From: a virus | Lineage: Duplodnaviria > Caudoviricetes | Virus record (IMG/VR): IMGVR_UViG_3300038393_000923 | Coordinates: 1-34,401 of that record | Reading direction: 5' to 3' (one strand) | Length of the DNA stretch: 34,401 nucleotides | Shown here: positions 8,652 through 17,350 of the stretch, piece by piece | Layout: each line of letters opens with the position of its first letter | How positions within the stretch are numbered: position 1 is the stretch's first letter | Notes under the pieces: generated by a model | The model's input: only the letters and a program-made list of their open reading frames with translations | What the model was told of the DNA's origin: nothing | The model's database searches: none | Translations under genes and position numbers: made by a program

Positions 8652-9707
8652 ATGGCTAAAGACAAAGTACGCAGCACCGATGGTGCTTATAAAGTTTCCG
8701 CCCAACAGTTATTTGATATCAAGCGGGAAATCATTCCATGTACGTTATCATCTGACATTGCATTAAGCGGAGGTGTTCCTCGTGGTGCAACAGTTCTTAT
8801 TGGAGGTAAACCAAAACTAGGTAAAACCACATTCTCATTACAGTGTGGTGCCAATGCACAAAATCTATTTGGCAGTAAGATATTCTATTTTAATATTGAA
8901 GGCCGACTAAGTAAACTTGTTCTAAGTCAAATTCAAGGTATAAACCTAGATTCTGATAAATTTCAAGTTGTTATGCCCCCGCCTATTCTTGATAAAGCCG
9001 ATAATGTTATTGGTTATAAAAAGTGGGGTGCAGAAAATTGGTGGATGGAAATTGGTTCTTGTATCGAAAATAATCCCGGCTGTGTAATCATTGTAGACTC
9101 TATTGCTAATCTTTCTAGCGAGAAAGAACAATCAGAGGATATGGGTTTCCAAGATCGCGGTGGTCGTAATAAACTTGAAGCAGAATTCTGCCGTAAATAT
9201 GGTAACATTATTGTTCCAAATCAAGTAACATTATTTTTACTTACTCAAATTCAAGCTAATACTAGCGGCTATGGTCCTCCGGTCCAAGCTAAAGTTGGCA
9301 ATCATATTCGCCATCAAGCTGATATTATCATGTTCGGCAAAAACTTTGAGAAATGGGATGAACAAAATGGTCGTATCCTTGGCCACAACATGATTTACAA
9401 TGTTGAAGCTAGTGCTCTTGGAGCACCGTTTATGGAAATGAAAATCCCTCTTCGGTATGGTTATGGTATTGATAATATCAAAGATGTAATGGATCACTGT
9501 ATCAATTGGGAGATTATCCGCAAGGGTGGTGCTTGGTATACACTTCCGTTCCTAGAAGATGGCACTAGAGTTGATTTAGACGCACTAGACGATTCACAGA
9601 AACCAATTAAGGTTCAAGGCGAAGACAAAGTTCGTAATTGGTTATTGATTCATCCAGAGCAAACTAAGATGCTAGATAAAGAAATTAGAGAAAAGGTGTT
9701 TGGATGA
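8652..9707 (+). CDS. recA: RecA/UvsX-like recombinase
   Basis: DIALSGGVPRG, Walker A GKPKLGKTT, NIEGR, Walker B IIVDSIANL, TQIQ, YGYGID and KGGAWY. Confidence 0.92.
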   Translation: MAKDKVRSTDGAYKVSAQQLFDIKREIIPCTLSSDIALSGGVPRGATVLIGGKPKLGKTTFSLQCGANAQNLFGSKIFYFNIEGRLSKLVLSQIQGINLDSDKFQVVMPPPILDKADNVIGYKKWGAENWWMEIGSCIENNPGCVIIVDSIANLSSEKEQSEDMGFQDRGGRNKLEAEFCRKYGNIIVPNQVTLFLLTQIQANTSGYGPPVQAKVGNHIRHQADIIMFGKNFEKWDEQNGRILGHNMIYNVEASALGAPFMEMKIPLRYGYGIDNIKDVMDHCINWEIIRKGGAWYTLPFLEDGTRVDLDALDDSQKPIKVQGEDKVRNWLLIHPEQTKMLDKEIREKVFG

Positions 9708-9931
9708 TTGAAATTTCACGTTTCATTGAAGTTTTTAAGAATAATAAATGGGTTAAAGCCGAATTTATTGATCTTCGTCCCGGAACAAAGTTTAGAATGT
9801 ACGAAGATTCAGCCAGAACACAGAGAGTTACAAATGATCAAGGATATACTGAATTCTGTGCAGCATCATTTCCATATGAAATAACCAATGAAGATGGTGT
9901 TAAAACTCTCGCTGTAAACATGGAGGGATAA
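9704..9931 (+). CDS. Small hypothetical protein
   Basis: 75-aa ORF, ATGA-coupled. Confidence 0.7.
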   Translation: MIEISRFIEVFKNNKWVKAEFIDLRPGTKFRMYEDSARTQRVTNDQGYTEFCAASFPYEITNEDGVKTLAVNMEG

Positions 9932-10095
9932 TGTTTCTTCTATTATATAATGAATATTCTTGGTATGGTGGAGATTGTGGTGCTTCAATTAGGATAAGAG
10001 AATTTGAAACACTTGAAGATCTTAAAAAATACACTAAAGAATGCAACATGCATTCTTGTGATTATAAAATTATAATTGGCAAGGTATTAGAATGA
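9931..10095 (+). CDS. Small hypothetical protein (54 aa, not in the ORF track)
   Basis: MFLLLYNEYSWYGGDCGASIRIREFETLEDLKKYTKECNMHSCDYKIIIGKVLE*. TAATG coupling upstream with a GGAGG SD, ATGA coupling downstream. Confidence 0.7.
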   Translation: MFLLLYNEYSWYGGDCGASIRIREFETLEDLKKYTKECNMHSCDYKIIIGKVLE

Positions 10096-10490
10096 AAATG
10101 TTTGATATCGACGGCGAATATATTTCTGTAGACGTGCGTCCAAGTTCTTATCCAATCAAGTCTAAGAGCAGAAGCACACTACAGGGACAAACCGCCCAAG
10201 CTTTACAAGACAAATATCCCCGCCAAACAATCTTAGAAGATTTTACTATCCCCGGTTCTAGAATGAGTGTTGATTTTCTACTGCCTAATCTTGGTATGGT
10301 TATTGAAGTAAATGGCCGTCAACACGATCAGCACGTACCATATTTTCACGGTGACAAATCTACTTCATTAGATTTTGCCAAACAACTATCTCGTGACCGC
10401 CGAAAACAAGAGTGGGCCGAGCTAAATTCATTTGTATGGATTGAAATTAGAACTAAAGAGGATCTAGAGGAATTTATTAATAATGTCTAA
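10092..10490 (+). CDS. Vsr/DUF559-like endonuclease
   Basis: VDFLLP...VIEVNGRQH...RDRRKQEWA...IEIR pattern. Confidence 0.8.
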   Translation: MKMFDIDGEYISVDVRPSSYPIKSKSRSTLQGQTAQALQDKYPRQTILEDFTIPGSRMSVDFLLPNLGMVIEVNGRQHDQHVPYFHGDKSTSLDFAKQLSRDRRKQEWAELNSFVWIEIRTKEDLEEFINNV

Positions 10491-11001
10491 AGCGTCAGAA
10501 GAATTCAAAATCAACGAAGAAGTTCGTGTGGAGATTGAAAAGGCATTAGTTGAATTTGAAAAGCAAGCGGGGCTTCCGGGTTTACAGCCAATGGAAGCCC
10601 CAGCTTGTTTATCAATGTCTTTACAAGAATTACGTAAACTAAGCCCCGAACAACTTGCCGAAGCTTCATTTGAAATTGGTCAATATGCTTGGTATATCCA
10701 GAGATTAATTAACAAGAATAAAAGTTGGGAAAGATGGGCTAAGTCTAGACTTGGTGAAATTGCTGCGTCACTACTGCCACAGATTGGCGGACACTATGGA
10801 TTTAACGAAAGAGAGCAGATTTCTAAGAATACCCATCCTTTATGTAGAGAACTAAATGCTTTCATGCGTAAAATCGGCATGGAAATTGATCGACTATACA
10901 ATGTTCCCAATGATATTAGAGTTATTGGAGAATCAATTAGAGACTTGAGATTTTCCGCAATGCGTAGAGAGAAGGATTATGCCAACAACAATTCCGAATG
11001 A
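10483..11001 (+). CDS. Hypothetical helical/coiled-coil protein (possibly a UvsY-like mediator)
   Basis: 172-aa, largely helical ORF located between recA and dnaB. The function is inferred from context only. Confidence 0.55.
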   Translation: MSKASEEFKINEEVRVEIEKALVEFEKQAGLPGLQPMEAPACLSMSLQELRKLSPEQLAEASFEIGQYAWYIQRLINKNKSWERWAKSRLGEIAASLLPQIGGHYGFNEREQISKNTHPLCRELNAFMRKIGMEIDRLYNVPNDIRVIGESIRDLRFSAMRREKDYANNNSE

Positions 11002-11194
11002 ATATAAAGGATGTAAGATTGATTATCGATACGACGAAAGCTTTGATTACTGGTCCGCTTTAGTAATAATTCCTACAAAACCTTCTGGTGTATTAGGTTT
11101 TCAGGGACCAGATAAGGAAGCGTTATGGGAAGCTATTAGAAGCTATCTACGCAGAAATTATGATGAGAAATTTAAGGTATTAAAACATGAATGA
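10979..11194 (+). CDS. Small hypothetical protein
   Basis: 71-aa ORF with an AAGGA SD. Confidence 0.65.
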   Translation: MPTTIPNEYKGCKIDYRYDESFDYWSALVIIPTKPSGVLGFQGPDKEALWEAIRSYLRRNYDEKFKVLKHE

Positions 11195-11786
11195 AGATCA
11201 ATTAATTGCAGAAGCATTTGTGATGCTTCGAGCCGCTATTCTAGATGGAGATTGGGTTAAGGTTTGTTCAGCATACGAAATCATATCTGGTGAAAGGCTT
11301 GAGCCACCTAATCAAAAGGTTAAGACTCGCCTAGAAAAGATTCGCGAAATGATGAACGTTGAGACTCAAACAGAAGATGAGTCAAACGAAATCGAAGATA
11401 GTGAGCCACAAGCCACTTCTGTCGAATCAATGACAGCTAAGGAACTTAAAGACTATCTAGTTAAGACTGGTATTAATCCTAAGAATCTTAAGGGCAAGAA
11501 TAAGACTGAGCTTCTTAAGATGGCTGTTACTGCCAATCCTTTTGAACCAACCGTTAATGAAATTAAAGAAACCGAAATTGAAGGTGGAAAGAAATTTGGT
11601 CTTGGTAAGGTAAAAATCATCAGTGACGGATTCGATCCTATAGAGGCAGAATTAAATAAGCTTGCTAGTAAACGCAAGACAAATATAGTTACTAGAGAGC
11701 CAAAGGTCATCGAAGATACTTCTGATGATGATACTGCACAACATAGATTTCATAGTAAGCCAAAAATGGCACCGCCTTGGCGTTAA
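11187..11786 (+). CDS. Hypothetical protein with a SAP/Rho-N-like helix-extended-helix motif
   Basis: MTAKELKDYLVKTGINPKNLKGKNKTELLKM follows an acidic linker. Confidence 0.7.
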   Translation: MNEDQLIAEAFVMLRAAILDGDWVKVCSAYEIISGERLEPPNQKVKTRLEKIREMMNVETQTEDESNEIEDSEPQATSVESMTAKELKDYLVKTGINPKNLKGKNKTELLKMAVTANPFEPTVNEIKETEIEGGKKFGLGKVKIISDGFDPIEAELNKLASKRKTNIVTREPKVIEDTSDDDTAQHRFHSKPKMAPPWR

Positions 11787-11801
11787 TTAAAGGATAAATA
11801 A

Positions 11802-13301
11802 ATGAGTAAAGAGCTAAGCAAATTACGAGACACAGGTAGCGAACGAGCACTTCTTGGAACTATCATTCGCGGAGGAAAGGATGCTTTTATTGACGCGGAT
11901 GGAATTGTTGATGCAACAGACTTCTCGTTGCCTATTAATAAGTCCGTATATGCTTCGCTCAAAGCTCTATCAGAAGAACCAAACTGTGAAAGCTTCGATG
12001 TTGAAACAATTAAGATGAAGATGAAAACTCTTGGATTTGGAGATCAAATCTCTAATTCCAAGGATCTTGAGTATCTCGAACTTCTAGACTCTGTGAATTT
12101 CGATAAAGGTAATATACCGATGTTCGGAATTCAAATCAAGAAGTATTCTGTTGTACGTGATCTTTATCTGCGATATACTGATGCTATTAAATATCTTAGC
12201 GGGATTTCTGGCAATGAATCTCTCTCAGATATCATTAAGGAAGCAGAAGGCCGCATTATAGATTATGTTACTGGTGTTGATAATGAGAATAGTCTTGAAC
12301 AGCTTAGCGAAAACTTAGAAGAATATATTCAACAGAAGCTTGAGGAAGAGGAAGTTGATCAGGTTGGTTTACCTACTGGATATCCTATTTGGGATGAAGC
12401 AATCGGTGGTGGACTTCGCAGAGGAACAGTAACAGTTAAAGGTGCTCGGCCTAAGACTGGTAAATCATTTGATGCACTGAACGTTGGTATCAATGTTGCA
12501 AAGCTTGGCATTCCTGTTCTATATCTTGACACTGAACTTACAAATGCATATCAGAAAAATAGAATGATCTGTATTAGTTCCGGCTGTCCAATATATAAGT
12601 TTGAAACTGGTAGATTTAAAAGAGAGAAAGAATGGGTTGATGCTGTTCTAGATTCAGTGAAAGTTGTAAATAATATTCCGTTTTTTTATGAATCTATTTC
12701 TGGCATGAGTCATACAGAAGCTCTGGCGTTAGCCCGCCGCTGGCTAGTGAAACACGTAGGCTTTAACGAAGATGGTAAGGCCAAAGACTGCTTAATCATC
12801 TATGATTATATGAAACTAACCAGTGGGGCGAATCTCACAAGTGTTACTCCTGAATATATTGTACTCGGTCTAATGCTTACGGAAATGCATAATTTCTGTG
12901 TAAAGTACGATTTGCCAATTTTAGGCTATGTTCAGCTAAATCGTGATGGCATTGATGGCGAAGATACTAATGTAGTTGCTGGATCAGATCGTATTCTATG
13001 GCTATGTTCATCTTTGACACTACTGAGAAATAAAGATGATAATGACTTGGCCATGGGTTCTAAGTGGGAACACGGTAATAAGAAATTAGTTGTTCTTGAA
13101 ACTAGACATGGTAGTGGAATTGAGACATATGGAGATTATATAAATCTTCATTGTTCATTAAGACCAAACGTGTCACGCGACGAAGCGTGTGGTCTTATCA
13201 GAGAAGGTTTATTACATAGTGCAGTATGCACGGGGCCGATAAATGGCAGTGGAACGGATCAGCAAAATAACGCTGGAAACAATAAGAGAGACGGCAAATG
13301 A
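11802..13301 (+). CDS. dnaB: Replicative DNA helicase DnaB
   Basis: ERALLG N-terminal domain, GLPTGYPIWD, Walker A GARPKTGKS, DTE, IIYDYMKL, QLNR and TRHG. Confidence 0.95.
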   Translation: MSKELSKLRDTGSERALLGTIIRGGKDAFIDADGIVDATDFSLPINKSVYASLKALSEEPNCESFDVETIKMKMKTLGFGDQISNSKDLEYLELLDSVNFDKGNIPMFGIQIKKYSVVRDLYLRYTDAIKYLSGISGNESLSDIIKEAEGRIIDYVTGVDNENSLEQLSENLEEYIQQKLEEEEVDQVGLPTGYPIWDEAIGGGLRRGTVTVKGARPKTGKSFDALNVGINVAKLGIPVLYLDTELTNAYQKNRMICISSGCPIYKFETGRFKREKEWVDAVLDSVKVVNNIPFFYESISGMSHTEALALARRWLVKHVGFNEDGKAKDCLIIYDYMKLTSGANLTSVTPEYIVLGLMLTEMHNFCVKYDLPILGYVQLNRDGIDGEDTNVVAGSDRILWLCSSLTLLRNKDDNDLAMGSKWEHGNKKLVVLETRHGSGIETYGDYINLHCSLRPNVSRDEACGLIREGLLHSAVCTGPINGSGTDQQNNAGNNKRDGK

Positions 13302-14397
13302 GCAAATTGATTTTGTACTCTCCGAACTTGGAATCGATATCGACAACTCAATTGGATTCTCAGACGAACTTCGGTGTTCATGTCCTGTCCACGGAGGAGA
13401 CAATCAAACAGCGTTCAGCTATAGTACAACCTTCAAGCGATGGCGATGTTTCACAAACCGCTGTCACACTGATAGAGATTCCATATTCGGACTTGTTGCA
13501 GCTATTTTGTCGCAACGAGATAACAGAGAAGTGGGTTTTAGAGAATCCGTATTCTGGTTAGCTAAACTTTTGAACATACCAATCGAAGGCGAATCAACCA
13601 TAAACGAAGAAAATCTAGAGGTTCATAAGCTTCTACAGCAAACAAAATTTAAAAATAGGATTAAACAAAGAGCACAGGAACGTAATGTGCGAGAAAAGTT
13701 TGATCCAGTACCGTTATCATTAATTGATGGCAAAATCCAACCAAGCCAATATTTTATAGATCAAGGATTTAAGCTAGAAATTCTTAAAAGATACAATGTT
13801 GGTTATTGTGACGATTCACGTAAACCTATGTATCTAAGATCATTCGCTCCGGTTTTAAATGAAGCTGGAGATACAATGATTGGTGTTACTGGTAGAATTA
13901 AGTTTGAAAAATGTGATATCTGTGGAGATTTTCATGAACAAAGTAGAAATGGTTGTCCACAAGATAATCCATCGGTTAGGGCTTATCCCAAGTGGATTCA
14001 TTATGGATTTAATTCTAACGCTGTACTCTACAATAGTTGGTTTGCTACAGAACATATCAAAAAGACAGGCGTTGCTGTTATTACAGAAGGGCCTAAAGAC
14101 GTTTGGTGGTTTGAACAACATAACATAAAGAATTCTATCTGTATCTTCGGCCTTAATGTTTTTGATTATCATATTAGTAGATTAATTAAGATGGGTGCAA
14201 CTACATTAATTGTTGCACTAGATAATGATGAAAGAGGAATTGAAGCGGCAGAAGCTTTAGACGAAAGCTTAGGCATGTACTTTAAATTAGTAAATATCAA
14301 GATGTTGCTTAACGCTGGCGAAGACATTGCTGACGTTAATAAGGAAAGAATGGATACCGTAATAGTTCCATTTATTAAAGGACTTGAAAAGAAATAA
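13243..14397 (+). CDS. dnaG: DnaG-type DNA primase
   Basis: CHC2 zinc finger (CPVHGGDN...WRCFTNRC), TGR, PKW, and TOPRIM motifs ITEGPKD and LDNDERG. Confidence 0.92.
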   Translation: MAVERISKITLETIRETANEQIDFVLSELGIDIDNSIGFSDELRCSCPVHGGDNQTAFSYSTTFKRWRCFTNRCHTDRDSIFGLVAAILSQRDNREVGFRESVFWLAKLLNIPIEGESTINEENLEVHKLLQQTKFKNRIKQRAQERNVREKFDPVPLSLIDGKIQPSQYFIDQGFKLEILKRYNVGYCDDSRKPMYLRSFAPVLNEAGDTMIGVTGRIKFEKCDICGDFHEQSRNGCPQDNPSVRAYPKWIHYGFNSNAVLYNSWFATEHIKKTGVAVITEGPKDVWWFEQHNIKNSICIFGLNVFDYHISRLIKMGATTLIVALDNDERGIEAAEALDESLGMYFKLVNIKMLLNAGEDIADVNKERMDTVIVPFIKGLEKK

Positions 14398-14398
14398 T

Positions 14399-15184
14399 AT
14401 GGCAAATAAGTTAAAAATTATTTTATCGGGACGCAAGCAGGCTGGCAAGTCATCAGCGGGTAAATATATCTACTGTGAATTTGTTAATCGTAAGATCGGC
14501 AAGAAGCGATTAGTTTTAGAGAAAGTTGGTAAGGAAATTGTTGTAATTGATACGTTTAAGAATAATACTATCATTCCTATTGATTATCCTTCTGACGAAG
14601 CTCGTCAACTAGCTTCAACGTATTCTGTAAAGATGTATAGTTTTGCAGATCCTCTAAAGGAATTCTGTATCAATGTCCTAGGACTAGATCGCACACAATG
14701 TTATGGTTCCGATGATGACAAGAATACATCAACTCATATTTCTTGGGATGATATGTCAGCAGAAATCCGCGAGAAGTATAGTCGGCCACGTCGCGGCAGC
14801 GGTGGTTTAAAGCCCGCCAGTGGCTTTATGACGGCACGAGAGGTGATGCAGGTCTTTGGAACAGATGTATGCCGTAGAATCGATCCTAATTGCTGGGCAC
14901 GCGGACTGTATTCTACTATTGAGAACGAAGGGTACGAACTGGCTATTGCTACAGATGCTCGTTTTCCAAACGAAGTAACAATGGGCACAGAGCGTGATGC
15001 AAAGGTAATTCGTCTGCTTCGTAATTTTGTAGAAGATGTTCATGAGTCTGAGAAGGCACTTGATGAATTCCCACTAGGTGAATTTACAGTTGTACTTGAT
15101 AATCAGAACTTGACACTTTCTGAAACACACAAGAAACTAAAGCCATTCGTTGATGAGTGGTTTGCAAGGTATAAACTAGTATGA
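14399..15184 (+). CDS. Deoxynucleoside monophosphate kinase
   Basis: SGRKQAGKSS P-loop, SFADPLKE, TAREVMQVFGTD, TDARFPNE and HESE, as in phage dNMP kinases. Start is set at ATG 14399. Confidence 0.88.
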   Translation: MANKLKIILSGRKQAGKSSAGKYIYCEFVNRKIGKKRLVLEKVGKEIVVIDTFKNNTIIPIDYPSDEARQLASTYSVKMYSFADPLKEFCINVLGLDRTQCYGSDDDKNTSTHISWDDMSAEIREKYSRPRRGSGGLKPASGFMTAREVMQVFGTDVCRRIDPNCWARGLYSTIENEGYELAIATDARFPNEVTMGTERDAKVIRLLRNFVEDVHESEKALDEFPLGEFTVVLDNQNLTLSETHKKLKPFVDEWFARYKLV

Positions 15185-16080
15185 AAGTAAATGGGATCTC
15201 AGCATCGGCATACGACGTATATTCCCACTGTCAGTGGAAATATTATTTACAATATGGTCTCAATTTTGAGTCAGAAAGTGGGGCCGCAGCACTTCTCGGC
15301 ACGATGGCTCATAAAGTGCTTGAGATTCTAAGCAGAGCAGTGGTTGTTAAACATCGTAAAGACAGCAAGATATGGGACCCTAATTATCTTTGGAACCTAT
15401 CTTTTAATCATTATTACAATGAAGAACCGCATATTGCAGAACAAATTACAGACGACAAACTTAAAAAAGTCTGTAAAGGTATGCATTCTTTATTAAATAG
15501 CGAATACACACCAATAAGAGAAAATACTATATCTGCTGAGGCTGCGTTTAATATCGAAATGCGAGAACCAGCATTCAAACTCCCTGTCGATGGAGATAAA
15601 TATTTTACACTTCGTGGCAGAATAGATAGGGTTGATAAGCTTGATGACGAAACTGTTGAGATTATCGACTATAAATCTGGCTCACGAGTAGCTTGGGATT
15701 CTCAGGATCGTCACAAGAAAGAACCCGCCGATCTTCACAAAGAGATTCAGCCGCGAATGTATCATCTTGCCGCAAAGCACTTATATCCTTGGGCTAAAAA
15801 CTTCTTAGTTACATTTATATATTTTACTGATGGTGGTCCAATAACTGTACCATTCTGTGAACCGGACTTGGCAGAAACAAGAAACATTCTGCTAAAACGA
15901 TTTCGCTCAATTAAAAACAACGAAGATCCTCAGCAAAACAAATCGTGGAAATGTAACAAATTATGCTCTTTTGGCACATCAGGTATATGTGATGATGTCT
16001 GGCGAGAATCCAAAGAGCTTGGTCATGAATTCATTCAAAACAAATATATCGTTCTAAATGTTAGGAAAAGAATTAAGTAA
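15181..16080 (+). CDS. PD-(D/E)XK exonuclease, RecB/AddB/Cas4-like, with a putative Fe-S cluster
   Basis: HCQWKY, GTMAHKVLE, RGRIDRVD, IIDYKSG, QPRMY and C-terminal CNKLC...C. Confidence 0.88.
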   Translation: MKVNGISASAYDVYSHCQWKYYLQYGLNFESESGAAALLGTMAHKVLEILSRAVVVKHRKDSKIWDPNYLWNLSFNHYYNEEPHIAEQITDDKLKKVCKGMHSLLNSEYTPIRENTISAEAAFNIEMREPAFKLPVDGDKYFTLRGRIDRVDKLDDETVEIIDYKSGSRVAWDSQDRHKKEPADLHKEIQPRMYHLAAKHLYPWAKNFLVTFIYFTDGGPITVPFCEPDLAETRNILLKRFRSIKNNEDPQQNKSWKCNKLCSFGTSGICDDVWRESKELGHEFIQNKYIVLNVRKRIK

Positions 16081-16289
16081 TGGATAATCAACAGTTTATG
16101 CCAGCCAATCATGTATATGGTATGCTTCAAGCAATGCCAGCATGGAAAGATCATGGTATTACCATTAAAGATCAAGAGCCATATGTCGAATTTACTAAGG
16201 GAGAAATCACAATCAAAATCCCTTATATCGAAGTGCTCATTTTTGGTGCAAAGACTATTTTATATATGTTTAAATGTTTGGATAAGTAA
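16080..16289 (+). CDS. Small hypothetical protein
   Basis: 69-aa ORF, TAATG-coupled. Confidence 0.65.
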   Translation: MDNQQFMPANHVYGMLQAMPAWKDHGITIKDQEPYVEFTKGEITIKIPYIEVLIFGAKTILYMFKCLDK

Positions 16290-16290
16290 A

Positions 16291-16617
16291 ATGACAGCAA
16301 AAGAAGCTAATAGAAAATCAAAATTAGTACAAAAATCCAGATTAGAGAATGAACGTGCTAGAGAGATTGCCGAAAAGGTAAAGAAACAAAAAGAAGCAGA
16401 TGACAGGTTGAAACAAGAACTTGAATATGCACATTTTCGTATTTCTGAAGCTGCTGACGATGGCAAGAATATAGTATCGTATTTTCCTGGAGAAAATCAA
16501 TATTTACGAAATAAATTAATAGAATCACTAATCAATGATGGATATACTGCTTATATTGAATGGTGTCAATATGATGATGATGGTAATGGACAAGATACAC
16601 TTATAATTCAGTGGTAA
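16291..16617 (+). CDS. Hypothetical protein (likely paralog of 17067..17348)
   Basis: ATG 16291 follows the upstream stop; MTAKEA...ISEAA...LINDGY...DTLIIQW. Confidence 0.7.
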   Translation: MTAKEANRKSKLVQKSRLENERAREIAEKVKKQKEADDRLKQELEYAHFRISEAADDGKNIVSYFPGENQYLRNKLIESLINDGYTAYIEWCQYDDDGNGQDTLIIQW

Positions 16618-17070
16618 ATGATTAATTTTATTCAAAATGGCAATCTATTTGATTCACAATGTGAAGCATGGGTTAATGCTGTTAATACAGTAGGTGTCGC
16701 CGGAAAGGGAATCGCATTGCAATTTAAGCAGCGGTTCCCTTCTTATTATAATACTTATCAATATTTATGTCGTAACGGACACATGGAACCCGGCAGAGTA
16801 GCTATTACTCCTAGTAAATCAAAAGATGGACCAAGATATATAGTAAGCTTTCCTACCAAAAAACACTGGAAAAATCCATCGCAATTAGAGTGGATTATAG
16901 ACGGCCTTGATGATCTACGGTTCATTATTTCTGAACATAAAATCAGATCTATTGCTATCCCGCCGTTAGGTTGTGGTAATGGTCGCTTAAACTACGATGA
17001 TGTTAAGCCGATTATAATAGAGAAACTAGGGGATTTAGATTGTTATATTGAGGTATACGAACCACGATGA
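16618..17070 (+). CDS. Macrodomain ADP-ribosylhydrolase, DarG-like
   Basis: GNLF, VNAVNTVGVAGKGIALQFK, SFPTKKHWK and SIAIPPLGCGNGRL. Confidence 0.9.
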   Translation: MINFIQNGNLFDSQCEAWVNAVNTVGVAGKGIALQFKQRFPSYYNTYQYLCRNGHMEPGRVAITPSKSKDGPRYIVSFPTKKHWKNPSQLEWIIDGLDDLRFIISEHKIRSIAIPPLGCGNGRLNYDDVKPIIIEKLGDLDCYIEVYEPR

Positions 17071-17348
17071 ATGCACAAGAAGCAAAGAAGTTAACAGAAG
17101 AATCAGCAAAATTTAAAAGAGATAATGCTATGTCCTTTGCTAAAAAGGACTTTGGATCATTTATTCAACAAGTTTATAACGATATCAATAAAGCCGCCGG
17201 AAATGCAAATACATATATTTTCATTAAAATACCGAATAAAGATTACGGAAAAGAACTTTTAGAACTTGTTGAAGATAGATTAAAGCAAAACGGTTATCGA
17301 ACTTCATATAGTAGTATTCATGAAGATTTGTTTGTTCAGTGGAATTAA
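17067..17348 (+). CDS. Hypothetical protein (likely paralog of 16291..16617)
   Basis: MNAQEA...INKAA...LKQNGY...EDLFVQW. Confidence 0.7.
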   Translation: MNAQEAKKLTEESAKFKRDNAMSFAKKDFGSFIQQVYNDINKAAGNANTYIFIKIPNKDYGKELLELVEDRLKQNGYRTSYSSIHEDLFVQWN

Positions 17349-17350
17349 TA

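Noticed and set aside
13243-13301. Frameshift-fused helicase-primase
   Set aside because: The 59-nt overlap encodes a low-complexity DnaB tail and a plausible primase N-terminus. There is no slippery site, and overlaps are common in this genome.
15181-16300. CRISPR-Cas locus around the Cas4-like gene
   Set aside because: No repeat-spacer array or other cas genes were seen in the window.
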